From Eledone cirrhosa (Eukaryota), in the NCBI GenBank assembly GCA_964016885.1, contig OZ024743.1, positions 116,250,001-116,314,000 on the forward strand: a DNA stretch of 64,000 nt, in the 5' to 3' direction. Below the pieces are notes generated by a model. It saw only the letters and a list, made by a program, of their open reading frames with translations. It was not told where the DNA came from and did not search any database. Of this stretch, positions 49,727 through 63,590 are shown in pieces. The first letter of the stretch is position 1. The number at the start of each line of letters is the position of its first letter. A program made the translations under genes and the position numbers.

Positions 49727-49945
49727 TAACAGATTAAAGTTTAAGCAAAGAATCGTTACTTTCACACTTAACGGGATCTTCTGAGTTGCAGAAGATCCCG
49801 TTAAGGGTGAAAGCAGCGATTCTTTGCTTAAACTTTAATCTGTTATTTTAATAAATATTGGCTCTACGGTTCTCATATATTTGATATATATTTATCCTTA
49901 TCGAGCCCTCTTTGGATTTTAGTCTTCAAATTTATTATTATTACT
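49720..49945 (+). repeat. Fold-back (~63-bp arms) with tail; the fold point lies at an HHR-like core
   Basis: Arms 49720-49783 and 49789-49851. CAGAAGA-UCCC-GUUAA-GGGU-GAAA. Confidence 0.85.
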
Positions 49946-51041
49946 ATATATATATATATATATTTATATATAAGCAGACGACAAAATATTGCATGCATTT
50001 TTACTCATTCCTCTAGAATTCTAAGCAACAATTCCCTGATTGGTATTCTTCTGGTTTGTAATATGTATGGTCCCGTAATCCCTCGTGCAGGGCACAGTAG
50101 TGAGAGGCAGTATTTCTTGGTTACACCCTTATCCAGGAGAAGGAGATAGAAAGAGAGAGCGTGAGAAAAAAAAAATAGGGATGAAAAATCATGTCCGTTA
50201 CAGGATGGCTACTTTTACATCGAGCTCTAAATTGATCTCATAGGATTTGAACTCAAAGAGCCGGAACGTATATCGCAATGCTTTACATATGATGTTTAAC
50301 AACGCTCACGATTCACCAAATATATTCCAATTTTTTCCTTTTTTTATTTGATCAATCCCTGAAATATGAACAGCAATGTTAACTTCAACAGTATTTGATC
50401 TCAGATCGCTGTGAGCCGAAACGAATTCCTCAAACCATACCCGATATTCTAACGATTCTCAAATGGTATTGGATGGTATTATGCAATTGAAGGAATAATT
50501 CAACAGTACATGCAGGATTACAGGAATAAGACCTATCGTGTCAAATGGAATGTTGCTCTACACATGCTTATATTCGTTGTAAATATATGTTGTGGACACA
50601 GACTAATACAATTTCCTTTGACATTACATGCAGTTGTAGATGTACCAGACAATCACGCAAAATAGAAATTATTTCACATTATGCAGCATGATGCAATAGA
50701 TGACATTGTCTCCTTTATTAATAATACTGATATATATATATAATTATCTCAGAGGACATTAATAGTTTATACATGGAATCATTTCTGAAAACGAGAATAT
50801 TCCAGGGCTCATATGAAAAATACACGTGATTTCTATACATAAAGAGACAGACAGTAATATACATACATCCACACATACAATAACATCCATATCTGCACAC
50901 ACATGCAGCTGCATACACATCTTCCTAGTTGAGGTTGTGTAAATTACAATGAGATAGTCTTGTGTCTATGTTAGAAACGAACTCTCTCTCTATTGGCAAA
51001 ACTATGTGAAATTATAAAACCAGAACACATACATACATGAT

Positions 51042-51290
51042 GATGGCTGCCCCCTCGTTATCGAGTATTGCCATTGCACGATATAACATTATTAATAATT
51101 ATTAATTAATTCTATCGTGCAATGCCTGTGCGTGAAGATATTTTTTTAAGTGAGGAAAGACTGTGCACTGAGCCAATCCCACTCTCTGAGCGACAGTAGC
51201 TATAACCCGAAAAGAAGAAAGGATGAACATTATCCCGTAACTACTGAGCCGCAGGTTTTATATCAGAGTTATCCCAGTTTTCTGAGTTGC
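51042..51290. repeat. Second copy of the dispersed repeat at 10283-10531
   Basis: Direct sequence match. Confidence 0.8.
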
Positions 51291-51778
51291 ATACATACAT
51301 GCATACATACATGCATACATACATACATACATACATACATACATACATACATACATACATACATACATACATACAGGGTGGTGGCTGCCAACTCGTTTTC
51401 GAGTACGGCCACTATTTTACATACATGTAGGAGAACCCCTACCGATGCGCTGAACGAGTGTGACTATTTAGTCCAGCCAGCATACATACATACATAGATA
51501 CATACATACAAACATACATACATACAAACAAACACATAACAATAAAAAAAATGTAGACACATAGACTTAGTTTAAAATAAGCCTGGAGATTGTGGCATTT
51601 GTGTGAATCCAATGTTTAATTCCAAAATATGCTGAATCATGCTTGTCTGAGAAAGTCGTTGAGTTTTCAACCAAATGTTTCCGGTTCGATTCTCTGCATA
51701 TCTTTTTGAGATCGTGACATCTCGTGCAATCTTAACTGTAATTCCTGGTGAGTGATATTTGATAGAAAACTGTGCAGT

Positions 51779-51861
<83 letters not shown>

Positions 51862-51898
51862 GCAGACACACATATATATATATATATATATTTATAAG

Positions 51899-52009
51899 TT
51901 GAAAAAAATGAAGACGAAATTTCATTTCTCACTCTTAGTATGGCACTTACTTAAATGTAAGTATGTATGTATACGTACATACATATATGTATACAGACGT
52001 ACAGTAGCA

Positions 52010-52080
<71 letters not shown>

Positions 52081-52489
52081 ATATACACACATATGCATAC
52101 AGGTACACATACATATATGCACGCATCAGTTTAGCCGACGTTTATTATAACGCCGCTTTGTTCGTTTGTTTGTCAACAAACCGAACAGACTGAATTTATG
52201 CCATACGGTGTTAAGGCAACCATGTCACCTTTTTGTTCAACACTGACACAGGAACGATGTACTAGTTTCAAGTTTGTTAGCTATCATCAGCACCGTTTAC
52301 CCATCTGCCAGATAGTTGAACGTTCGAAAGTATATACTTTCCTTATGAAAATTAACGGCTGAGCAGCCTAATTTGCATATTGAGTGAGTTAAATCGGTCA
52401 GGCATACCGAAAACGATACGTTGAAAAAAATGAAAACGAAATTTCATTTCTCACTCTTAGTATGGCACTTACTTATTAACGGGCGATAA

Positions 52490-52491
<2 letters not shown>
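51899..52491 (-). mobile_element. Candidate retrozyme copy with terminal direct repeat; HHR at 52254-52296
   Basis: ~55-bp direct repeat at 51899-51954 and 52421-52475. ACGGUG-CUGAUGA-UAGCUAACAAACUU-GAAA-CUAG-UA|CAUCGU. Homologous to 40661-41508. Confidence 0.72.
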
Positions 52492-52526
<35 letters not shown>

Positions 52527-52694
52527 TATAGATAGGTAAATATACACGGGTGTGTATGATTGTGTATAGAAGATTATATTAATAAGAGGAATTCCAACTT
52601 TGTCTGATTTACTCGTTTTATTTACAATCCTTTAAAATATATAATGGTATTATAATGAAATAGTATGATAGAATATTAAATGCTAAGTGTTAAT

Positions 52695-52733
52695 TGAACA
52701 AGTACTTTCATGCTTTCGCAATCTTCAGGTTCA
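52695..52733 (-). ncRNA. Minimal type I hammerhead ribozyme
   Basis: Reverse complement of 52805-52843. Confidence 0.85.
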
Positions 52734-52804
52734 TGATATGTGGTGACAGTCGAGTTTGCAATTTTCCAGTTGAAAATTGCAAACTCGACTGTCACCACAT
52801 ATCA

Positions 52805-52843
52805 TGAACCTGAAGATTGCGAAAGCATGAAAGTACTTGTTCA
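52805..52843 (+). ncRNA. Minimal type I hammerhead ribozyme
   Basis: UGAAC-CUGAAGA-U-UGC-GAAA-GCA-U-GAAA-GUAC-UU|GUUCA, with a GNRA loop on stem II and palindromic stem III AGUACU. Confidence 0.88.
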
Positions 52844-52952
52844 ATTAACACTTAGCATTTAATATTCTATCATACTATTTCATTATAATACCATTATATA
52901 TTTTAAAGGATTGTAAATAAAACGAGTAAATCAGACAAAGTTGGAATTCCTC

Positions 52953-53234
52953 CGTAGACATACAACACAACAGGAGGAAAAAATATAACACCACTGACGA
53001 TGTTGCAGATGTGCAACGAAAGATTTATGTAAATTATGTAAACTATATATATGTGTTTGTGTCTATATTGTATCTGTATTATTTTTGACCGTCGGTCAGT
53101 CAATGGCAACATTGAGGACCGATTAAGTTAGATCGCAGATATAAAAGACAGCGAGAAGCGAAAACCAACCAAACAGTGATGTGTTCTGTTATTAATTCTG
53201 GCAACATTACACAAATATGACCCTCCCCAAGTAT

Positions 53235-53240
<6 letters not shown>
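52953..53240 (+). mobile_element. PLE subfamily 2 3' fragment with HHR at ~52990-53030
   Basis: Aligns to 34270-34540. CUGACGA-U-GUUGCA-GAUG-UGCAAC-GAAA. Confidence 0.85.
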
Positions 53241-53308
<68 letters not shown>

Positions 53309-53311
<3 letters not shown>

Positions 53312-56300
53312 CAAAAGCGATGAAATCGAAAATGTAACTGGAGTCTTTATTTAAAAGATTATATATATTTATTTGGTTCCCTTACCGGTTCGCAGTTCTT
53401 CTGCTTTTCAAAAGTAGAGTTGAGATGGAGGGTCTGTGGGTATTTTCACATCTGGTTAGTCTTTGAATGTTACTTCTGTTTTACATGGAAAAAAGTGGCT
53501 CGAAATGCCAGAGAAGTAATTTGATTGGTTGGCGAATAAGTATAATAAATTTCGCGCCAGTTCGCGTTACAAAATTCTCCAAACAAATGGGGGGGGGGGG
53601 GGGCTCAGGTTGTTTTTTTTTATATATGAGTGAAGTTAGGTTGGTTGATGCAGTCACGTGAATAAGCACATCAGCTTTTGCACCAGTTTGTGCTTGAATT
53701 TCGTTTTACTTAAATAGAAGTGGCTCACTGATTTTTCTAAAAAATGTAATTTGAATGGGCATAAATGTAATTATGACTGTCACGTGAACACGTACATTAA
53801 ATTTAGCGCCCGTATTTTGGAATTATTTTTATACCCATTTAGAGAATGTTGTGCCAAACAAAAGATAATGGTCAAGAAAAGGGGATGGAGAGAGATGTTT
53901 TGTGTATGACTGATGTGCTGAAATGTAATTTGATTGGTTATGAATGAAATTATGACTGTCACGTGAACAAGTTCATTAAATTTCACGCCCATATTTGGGA
54001 ATTTATTTTGTAGCCTTTTAGAGAATTTTATGCCAAACGAAAGATAATGGTCAAGAGAAATGGGATGGGGAGAATTGTTCTGGTTTCGGTGAATATGGCT
54101 GGTGCGCTGGGGTGTCAAAATTCAGACTTTCTATTGAAATAAAGAAAGTAGAGATATGTATGTTTATGTGTGTGATTGTGTGTGTGTGTGTGTGTGTGTG
54201 TGTCTGTGTAGGAATATGATTCTATTAGTAGAAATGGGGGAGGGAGTTGTGTGTGTGTATGGGTGTTATGTGTGTGTGGGGTGGAGTATGGTTAGCATGT
54301 TAAGATGGAGAGAATATATATATTTTGTGTGTGTGTGTGTGTAGGAAAATGATTATATTAGTAGAATTGGGGGAGGGAGTTGTGTGTGTGTGTGGGTGTT
54401 ATATGTGTGTGTATGGGTGTTATGTGTGTGTGTAGTGTGTATATGTGTGTGGGACTATGGTTAGCATTTAAAGATGGAGAGTATATATATATGTTGTGTG
54501 TGTGTATGTGTGTGTAGGAAAATGATTCCGTTAGTAGAAATGGGGGAGGAAGTTATGTGTGTGTGGGGGCGTGGTTAGAATTTTAAGGTGTTAGATTATT
54601 AACGTATGTCAAGGTTTATTTAGTTCTGGTTTTTAGAGAAATATCCCAATGAAATATCCCAATGACATACCTGATAGAATAGAAAAAAGCTTCACCAAGG
54701 GATTAACATTTATTTTACAACTTTTGGGCTTTCTATGGCAGTACTTACAAGCAAATATCGGGGACTGCGATGGGTACAAAAGCCGCTCCAACTTATGCCA
54801 ACTTTGTCATGGAATACTTGGAAGTCCAGATATATGAACACTCCAAATCAAAATACGGATTGAACTTCCACAAATATTTATCAGAGAATTGGAAATGCTA
54901 CTTGGATGATTGTCTCATTCTTTGGTCTCACACACTCGACCAACTAAATGATTTCACAAATTTAATTAACGGGATCAATAACCACATCCAATTCACAATG
55001 GAATATAGCGAAGATCAACTCCCATTTCTGGACATCTTAATCTTAAACAAAGACACAAATATTGAAACTGACATACACTTCAAACCAACAGATTCCAAAC
55101 AATACCTGCTATTCACCTCCAACCATCCAAAGCATACGAAGACGAAGATTCCTTTTAACCTAGCAAAAAGAATTTGGACAATTGTCTCCAATTATGAAAC
55201 GCGAAATAAAAGACTTCAAGAATTAAAGGAAATTCTACTCGGAATAGAAAGGGCTAAAGCAATAGGCATTGATGAATTACGAAAACAGAAACAAATTCAA
55301 GGTACGTCCAATATTCTATCATATATCTTAACACACAACCCAAGAAATGCGGAAGCTTACAACACTATTCACAAGAACATCCCACTATTGAAACAAGATC
55401 CAAGAATGAACAAAGCCCTTGAAACGCAAAATAATCAAAAGCAAAACACAACCGAATTCACAAAAATAATTACTCACCAATTCCAAATTACCTACCACGA
55501 ACCCACAACCAACTGTTAAAAAATGTGGTCGCTCTAATTGAGGAACCTGCACTCACCTCATTGAAGGCAATACGTATACATTTCAACCACGACAGAATTT
55601 TGCTGTAAAACATCACTTCACTTGCTCATAAACAAATTTACTTTGAGCCATTAAATGAAAAGGATGCAATGAAGATTATATAGGACAAACTAAACTCACA
55701 CTCAGAAACAGAATGACAGTTCATCGCCAAAAATTACGAGATCCAACCACGATACAGATACCACTAAGACCATATCTAGACATATGTGCAAGTAATAAGA
55801 CACCCAAATTCCAAGTCTTTCCAAATTATCTTTGCGCTGACAATACAACAGAACAAATACGAATAAATAAGGAAAATATGTTTATTCAAAAATATAGACC
55901 AGCATTAAATATAGTTTAATATACATTATGTCAACACCATTACATGCTAACCATCCAAACAGACACACATATATATACACACACACATAACACCTATTTT
56001 AGAAAATAAAAACCAGAACTAAATAAATGTTAACATACGTTAATACTCTAACACCTTAACATGCTAAACCCCCCCCCATACAAACATAACTGCTTCCCCC
56101 ATATCTACTAACGGAATCATTTTCCTACACACACACACAAAAAAATATATATTGTCTACATCTTAACATGTTAACCATACTCCCACATACACATACACAC
56201 ACACACATAACACATATACACACACATCTCCCTCCCCATTTCTACTAATAGAATCATTTTCCTATACACACACACACACACAAAATATATATATTCTCCT

Positions 56301-56710
56301 CATCTTAACATGCTAACCGTACTCGTCCCCCACACATACACACACACATAACACCCATACACACACACAACTCCCTCCCCCATTTCTACTAATAGAAACA
56401 TTTTCCTATCCACACACACACAAAATATATATATTCTCTCCATCTTAACACGCTAACCATACTCCCACACACACATACACACACACACACACAAAACGCT
56501 CACACACAAAATATATATATATTCTCTCCATCTTAACATGCTAATCGTACACCCACACACACATACACACACATAACACCCGTACAGACACACACACAAC
56601 TCCCTCCCCCATTTCTACTAATATAATCATCTTCCCACACACACAAACACACACACATAACCCCCATACACACAACTCCCTCCCCCATTTCTACTAATAG
56701 AATCATCTTC

Positions 56711-56757
<47 letters not shown>

Positions 56758-57710
56758 TACACACACACACACACACACACCAGCACATAAATAAACATAC
56801 ATATCTATACTTTTTTTATTTCAATAGAAAGTCTGAATTCTGACACCCCAGCGCACCAGCCATATTCACTGAACCAGAACGATTCTCCCCATCCCATTTC
56901 ACTTGACCATTATTTGTTTGGCACAAAATTCTCTAAAAGGCTACAAAATAAATTCCCAAATATGGGCGTGAAATTTAATGAACTTGTTCACGTGACAGTT
57001 ATGATTGCATTTATAACCAATCAAATTACATTTCAGCACATCAATCATACTCAAAACAACTCTCTCCATCCCTTTTCTTGACCATTATCCTTTCTTTGGC
57101 ACGAAATTCTCTAAATGGGTATAAAAAAATTCCAAAATACGGGCGCTATATTTAATGTACTTGTTAACGTGACAGTCATAATTTCATTTATAACCAATCA
57201 AATTACATTTATAAAAAAAATTCACAGTGAGCCACTTTTTTTTAAGTAAAAAGAAATTCAAACACAAACTGGCGCGAATGCTGATATACGCATTCACGCG
57301 ACAGCATCAACCACCAAACTTCACTCATATAGGAAAAAACAACCTGAGCCCCCCCCCCCCCCCTTTGTTTGAAGAACTTTGTAAAGCGGACTGGCGTAAA
57401 GTTTATTATACTTATTCACCAATCAATCAAATTACTTCTCTAAAAACCTAGCATTTCGAGCCACTTTTTTCCATATAAAACAGAAGTAAAATTCAAAGAC
57501 CAACCAGATGTGAGACAAACCACAGACCCTCCATCTGAACTCTACTTTTGAAAAGCAGAAGAACTGCGAAACCGGTAAGGGAACCAAATAAATATATATA
57601 TTCTTTTAAAAAAGACTCCAGTTGCATTTTCGATTCCATCTTTTTTCCTTATACTTTCATTCGTCTAGGACACTCGGTTATTTTTTATTTCGTAATAAAA
57701 ACCTGACTTA

Positions 57711-57713
<3 letters not shown>
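53309..57713 (+). mobile_element. Decayed Neptune-like PLE with inverted 5' arm, minisatellite-bearing 3' UTR and variant HHR (57545-57582 +, 53377-53415 -)
   Basis: 53320-54635 is inverted to 55995-57640. ~110-bp repeats at 56040-56720. TA tracts on both flanks. Confidence 0.88.
54640..55919 (+). pseudogene. PLE RT + GIY-YIG pseudogene
   Basis: GTAMGTKAAPTYANFVM, YLDD, LPFLD, FKPTDSKQYL..SNHP, YIGQT..LRNRMTVH and KYRPALN, with stops and frameshifts. Confidence 0.92.
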
Positions 57714-57770
<57 letters not shown>

Positions 57771-57812
57771 TACACACACACATACACCCCCCCCCCCACA
57801 CACACAAACACG

Positions 57813-57914
<102 letters not shown>

Positions 57915-57929
57915 CGTGTGTAGGATAAC

Positions 57930-59833
57930 AATAAATCGTTAATGGTAATCCGATAAAAGTCTATGGAAACTATTCATCATGGACAGCTTAAGCGTACGGT
58001 ACGTTGTGACTCAACAAGAGGTTTACTTCGGTTACGATTTTATGACTTCGCTTGTGTTCCTATGTAAATATATCTTGGAGTAATAAAAGAGTGAAGAATA
58101 ACTTTGGTTGACAGTACAAAATAGTGCCAATTCCATAGAAATGTTTTCCTATGCGCCGGTTCTACTATATGATTTTGAAGATTGTTGTGTATGGGTTGCG
58201 AATTAGGTTTGTTGGTGTATTGCGGTGGTGTTCTTTGTCGTGTATTTGGTTGTGATGATGTAATCTGTGTGTGTTCTGTATTTGGTGATATGGAACTTAT
58301 GTGGGGGCAGCTTTGATTATGAATTCTTATGTAGTTAATTTTGTGAATGTGCGATTATATGTTGTTAGCAGTGGAGTATGATAGTGTGATAGTTTGTCTT
58401 TTAAAGATTTAATGATATTTATGTGTTTTAGGGAAGTGTTTGTCAACTAATTTAAAGAAAGTGAGAGGAAGCTTAGTTTTAATAGAGGAGTTAAACATTG
58501 GATTAAACCATAAGTAGTTTCTATTTCTGTATGTTCTATGTCCGCTAGTGGTATTAGTATTAGCATTTCGTATATGTAAATTAGGTGTATGCTGCCTATT
58601 TATGCGTCTAGACCTAGGTTTGTTGATTCTATGGTTGTGGGAAGTATCGTTAACATTAAGTGTGTTGTTATTTTTTGTATCAGGTATGTATTTGAGTCGT
58701 TATTTATGGCCTGCCTTAAGTAAAGATAAGTTGTAGTAGCTAGCGTGTTCATTAAAAATGTCATGGTTAGAGGATAGGCGTGAGATTCTAAAGGATATAC
58801 TAGACGCTATTGAGTTAATTATGGATCTAGGATGGTTCGAGTTATAGTTAATATAAGCTAAATATTCATTACTTTTATGGAAGGGTTCTATAAGTCCTGA
58901 GTTAAGGTTAAACGATACGTCCAAGAAGTTGACTTTTTTAGAGTTGGGTTCAAAAGTAATACTAAGGCCTAAGTTATTAAATAATTTTCTAATCTTCTTC
59001 CTTAATCTTTCTAAGTTTTGGCTATTTACCTTTCTAGCTAAAAGTAGAGTATCAGCTTATAAGTTATCAAATTCACTATGTAAGAAATATGCTATATAAA
59101 TTCCAACCAAGTCTGTGATCTTGGCTTAGTCTATTCTTTCGCTACCAGTAGCTGTCGTCGAATTTAATGATAGTTCGTCTAGCGGCTAGTATTACTTTAA
59201 TTTCATCCCTTTACGATGTGAGTTCAAATCCCGCCGAGATTGACTTTGCCTTTCATCCTTACGGAGTCGATCAAATAAAGTACCAGTAATGCACTGGTTA
59301 ATTGCTGGCCTTGTGCCTAAAGTAGAAACAATTATTTTAATTTCATCCGTTGAAAGATCCGAGTGATTTGGGGCAAAGGATAATTCCTTATTAAGGGTGA
59401 CTGGGGAGATAGAAGAGTAGTAGTCATTTATGTCAAATTGTATAAAGTTGAATATTTATACACCTCTCACCATTTGTCTCGATTATTTTACCCTATAGTA
59501 TAATACATTTCAAACTAGCTATTTTACGTAGTAATGTTTTATCGTCCGTTTATTTACTTTCTTTTCTCTCTTCTTCATATCCCCATATGCATGATTAATT
59601 ACTATCCCCTCCGCTTCCTCATCCCTCTTAATTTTCTTCTATTTCTTTCTCATCTGCCTTACTTATTCTTCCTCTCTGCCTATGCTCCGATGAAATTGAA
59701 TTTAGATGTATTGTAAATTGAGTTATACTTTCTCCAGTATTTAGCAATTTATAGACATTTCTATCATTGAAACAATTGTAAGACTGAAAATAAATATCCT
59801 TATTTTGTACTGTCAACCATGTTATTCTTCACT

Positions 59834-59837
<4 letters not shown>
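57930..59837 (-). mobile_element. Decayed PLE (same protein type as 44355-45300) interrupted by a SINE
   Basis: FLDVSFNL..PFHK..YINYNSNHPRSI and WFNP..VDKHFPKTHKY at 58350-58940. Short inverted repeat between 58070-58105 and 59801-59836. Confidence 0.8.
59165..59337 (+). mobile_element. SINE
   Basis: GAGTTCAAATCCC B box followed by the family central domain. Confidence 0.8.
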
Positions 59838-59873
<36 letters not shown>

Positions 59874-59988
59874 GGTAAACATTGATGCAATTCAATTCAT
59901 GCACTCAATGTACTTTTTCCACATAGGAGTAAATATCGAATAAGGAAAAGCGAAGTAGTTTCAGATGTTCAAGTCCTTTAATAATAAT

Positions 59989-60062
59989 GCTGTGATATAT
60001 ATTTCAATGACGACACTGGCCACACTCTTCCGTGTGCGAGTGTCGTGACATCATCAGACAGC
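59989..60062 (-). ncRNA. Type I hammerhead ribozyme with long stem II
   Basis: GCUGU-CUGAUGA-[ACGACACU..CACAC-GGAAGA-GUGUG..AGUGUCGU]-GAAA-UAUA-UC|ACAGC. Tail runs to (TA)n at 59870. Confidence 0.88.
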
Positions 60063-60527
60063 TTGTTACATAATAAGGTTATGTTTCCGAGGCAATCCAA
60101 ATTGAATCGACATGGGAACGGATGAAGTGCGTGCTTTGGGGTTTTTCATCCGTTCCTCTGTGAGTACCAATTCACCCCCACCGGTCTGCGCAGGCGCATG
60201 TCCGAAGGAAGTTGACCATTAGCTACCGCAGATTTCAACGAAATTCGTTTAGTCAGTTCACCCTCTCAGCCAAACATAGTTTACTGCTACCCATCCCGAC
60301 TGTGGCAGTCAGTCGAAAGCCACAGGGGATGGGAGAATGTTAGTTTTTACAGGTCATAACACTACCTCTCACCAAGCGTGGACAGTACGATTGACCATCA
60401 ACTCATAGGGAAAATAAACTTAATTCTAGGTATCATGGTTTTACATTGGAAGTTAAGAGTGAGAGTTGAAGATAAAAATTAAAATCTCGCAGAACTTCCC
60501 GCATAACTTCCTTTATTATAGTTTAGA

Positions 60528-60564
60528 CTAGCAGAAAACCACCCGGTGGGCGGTTTTCTGCTAG
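60528..60564. repeat. CTAG-terminated hairpin resembling a Helitron end; second copy at 63673-63708
   Basis: CTAGCAGAAAACC..GGTTTTCTGCTAG. Confidence 0.6.
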
Positions 60565-61041
60565 CAAATCTAGTGTATATACTGATATTGTTGAGATTTG
60601 GATAAGAAATGTTTTAGGCACCACATGTTCACCGTCTCTCGGTGTGTCTTTTATGCATGTATAAATATATATGTTATCTATACGGTGAAATCTTTGAAAT
60701 AAATATATGTTAAAACGAAAAAGAAGAAAAAGAGATTAGTGACGGAAATATAAACGTTATGATACATAAACGTTATGATATAACGATGGAAATATATCTT
60801 CAAATGGTCCTTGGCATGGTGTCAAGTCAGATCCGCCTCGAACTGGTTACTTCTGGCTTGTGCAAGGTGTCTCTATAGCAACCAGCGATTCCCACGGCCT
60901 CAGTGACCAAAGTCAGTGGAGAGGGGAAGGTAATGTTTCTATAGCGCCAGTGTTTCTTTTGGTAACCAAAGTGGAGAAAGGAAGGGGAAGGTAATATTTC
61001 TGTAGCACCTTCATTTGAGTTTTAGGAAAGGACAGACAGAG

Positions 61042-61088
<47 letters not shown>

Positions 61089-61106
61089 GAAATGCCCACA
61101 TATTTC

Positions 61107-61169
<63 letters not shown>

Positions 61170-61365
61170 CACACAGAGAAATGTATATATATTTCTGTGT
61201 GTGTGTATATATATATATTACACAAACAGACATGTATATATATTTCTTAGAACAAAATTATTATTAATTTTTTGCTGTTCATAACAATTAGAATTGAAAA
61301 ATTACTTTTGAAATTATTAGTTATTTTACTAATGCTTAGATATGTAAAAATGAAGCAATGTTTCT

Positions 61366-61560
61366 AATAATTGTTTCTACTTTTGGCAGAAGGCCAGCGA
61401 TTACCCAGTACATTACTGGTACTTTATTTTATCGACCCCGTGAGGATGAAAGGCAAAGTTAACCTCGGCGGTATTTGAACTCAGACCGTAAAGGGACGTA
61501 CCTCCATGCTATGAATCATGGTGTCCGACTCTCTACAGATTCTGCAAATCCACCGCCCTA
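61366..61560 (-). mobile_element. SINE
   Basis: Same family as 37141-37335. Confidence 0.8.
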
Positions 61561-62288
61561 ATGTCTGTACGTAATGAGGAAGTGAGAGGGGAGAGAAAGA
61601 AAGGCAGAGGTGAAGTGACGAAGTGACTCTCTCCTCCTCCTCCTCCATCTTCTCATTCGTCACAGCGATAGAGGGGAGGAATGTTAGTGTGTTACAAAGA
61701 GAAAGAGTGAGAGTGAGAGAAACAGACAGACTAAAAGAGAGGGATAGCTGGAGAGAGAGATAGCAACCACGCGCGCACGTGTTTCCACTGTCGGACAGAC
61801 AGACAGAGAAATTGCTGATTATATATTATAAGGAGATATAACTATAATCGCGCGAACACAAACTTATAAAAATACACGCTCACGGACATATATTCAGATA
61901 AATACACGTACTTTCACATATATACATTCACACATACATTTACACACACACACACACTTACTCAAACACAAAGACATGATAGCGTTGGGTGAATAGGAAA
62001 TGGGAGGGTAAAAGTACAACGTTTCATTTATTTATTAACAGCACAGTTTAAGTCATTTTTATTTTAAACTCATTTGTATAAAAATTTAATGATTACAGAA
62101 CGAAAACACAAACAAATATAATGTATACAAAGGAAAGAGAAAGGGGAAAAAAAGAAAGAGAAAAATACACAAGAACGTAATACACACATCTTAGACCACA
62201 CACAACAATATGCAGGTGAAAGAATGATAAAACGAGACCCTACCAGAGCAAAAGATAGCAATATAGCGAGGAGCACTGGGAAACCTCT

Positions 62289-62745
62289 CTAAGAATTTTT
62301 GAGGCAAGCCAGCACGCTCGCAGCGTTACCTTGGGTAATGGCTAGGCTGGGTTGCTGGAACAACCAAGTGCCCTCACGAGCATCACCAGTTAACTCTATT
62401 TGGCGAGCGGCCAGTGAAGATAAGAACCTCGCTGTCAGTAACCCGTCTCCCTCAAACGTCTCGAACGCCACAGGCTGGATAATGTTGTTAGCTGACGGAA
62501 CACGGTATTTTAAGATTTTGTTCCGGTCAGCTGCGGATGCTGTAGCTTTCGCCCTTACCGCTGCATCCAGGATATGGGAAGAAACAAAAGAGTCACTAAC
62601 TGTGACGTCCCAGATAAGGCACCTGCCTATTGACCAGGAGCACAGAGTAAGACCGTCACGTCTTTTCCCATCAATTCAGGACAACCCAGACGGTTCCAAA
62701 ATTGAGGGGATGTTTGCCCGGGACAAAGCTCTTGAGTGGTAATAG
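62289..62745 (-). mobile_element. CRE-like non-LTR retrotransposon 3' end (restriction-like endonuclease), 5'-truncated next to (TG)n
   Basis: Minus frame reads EPSGL..DGKRRDGLTL.SW..G..LIWDVTV.DS..PVAFETF..SLAITQGNAASVL. Confidence 0.8.
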
Positions 62746-62959
62746 GACAGTGTGTGTGTGTGTGTGTGTGCACGCACGAGTTTGTTGGTTTTCTTAAATT
62801 AGAGTCATGTGTGTGTGTATGTGTGTGTGTGTAACTGTTTTTAAGTTAGAAACATATATGCGTGTATCCCTTTCCTTCCTTTTACACACACATACATTCA
62901 CACAAACACAAATACACATTGTGTAATGGAGAGGTGGACAGAAGTTCCTCAAATTTATA

Positions 62960-63590
62960 TACATGTGAATGGAGTTCTACTGAAGCAGTTAGAGAGGTAC
63001 AAGTATCTTGGAGCTGTGTTCATGAGTGATGGAATGCAGGAGGCTGAATTAAGTGGAAGAATTGCAAAAGCTGATGCAGTAAAGCGCCAGCCTCAGCAAT
63101 CAGATGAAGGGGGTAGGTGTAAACGCCAAACTCGCTGTCTTCCTGGTATTCCTGCCAACTCTTACCGAGGATCATGAATCTTGAGTAATGACCACAAGAA
63201 TACAATTGCAAATAAAAGCGGCAGAAATGGGATCCCTGTGAAGGGTCTTTGGAGTGACGTTACTCGATAAAGTACATAGCTCAGAGACCAGAGAGTCACT
63301 CCTGGTAGAGCCGCTACTTCTCCTAATTGAGTGATCACAACTCCGATATTATGAGCATGAGGTTAGAATGTCTCAGTAAAGAATCGCTGGACACATTTAC
63401 AGGCAAAACCATTCGTCAAGAGACACTGAGGTAGACCCTGGGCAAGATAGTTGAATAACATCCATGAGCTTGGCTGGTCACGCTTTGAGATGCAGCTGGA
63501 TCAGTTAGAGATTTTTGCTTCTGACAGACTGGCTGGAAGGAGTGTTTGAGAAGGTCTCTGCCCCCACGACCCTCTCAGAAATAAATGAGC
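62960..63590 (+). mobile_element. RTE-clade LINE 3' fragment
   Basis: KYLGAVFMSDG..RIAKA, AAEMG.L.RVFGVTLLDKVHSSETRESL.VEPLLL.IE.SQLR and GRP. Confidence 0.85.

Larger units (their letters stand above)
52531..52952 (-). repeat. Palindrome (~180-bp arms) with tail, HHR on each arm
   Basis: Arms 52586-52766 and 52772-52952. Same family as 10964-11250. Confidence 0.92.

Noticed and set aside
56040-56720. Repeat-spacer pattern resembling a CRISPR array
   Set aside because: The spacers are CA runs, the context is a eukaryotic PLE 3' UTR, and there are no cas genes.
59165-59337. tRNA gene
   Set aside because: Only a B-box-like head of a multi-copy SINE; no cloverleaf.
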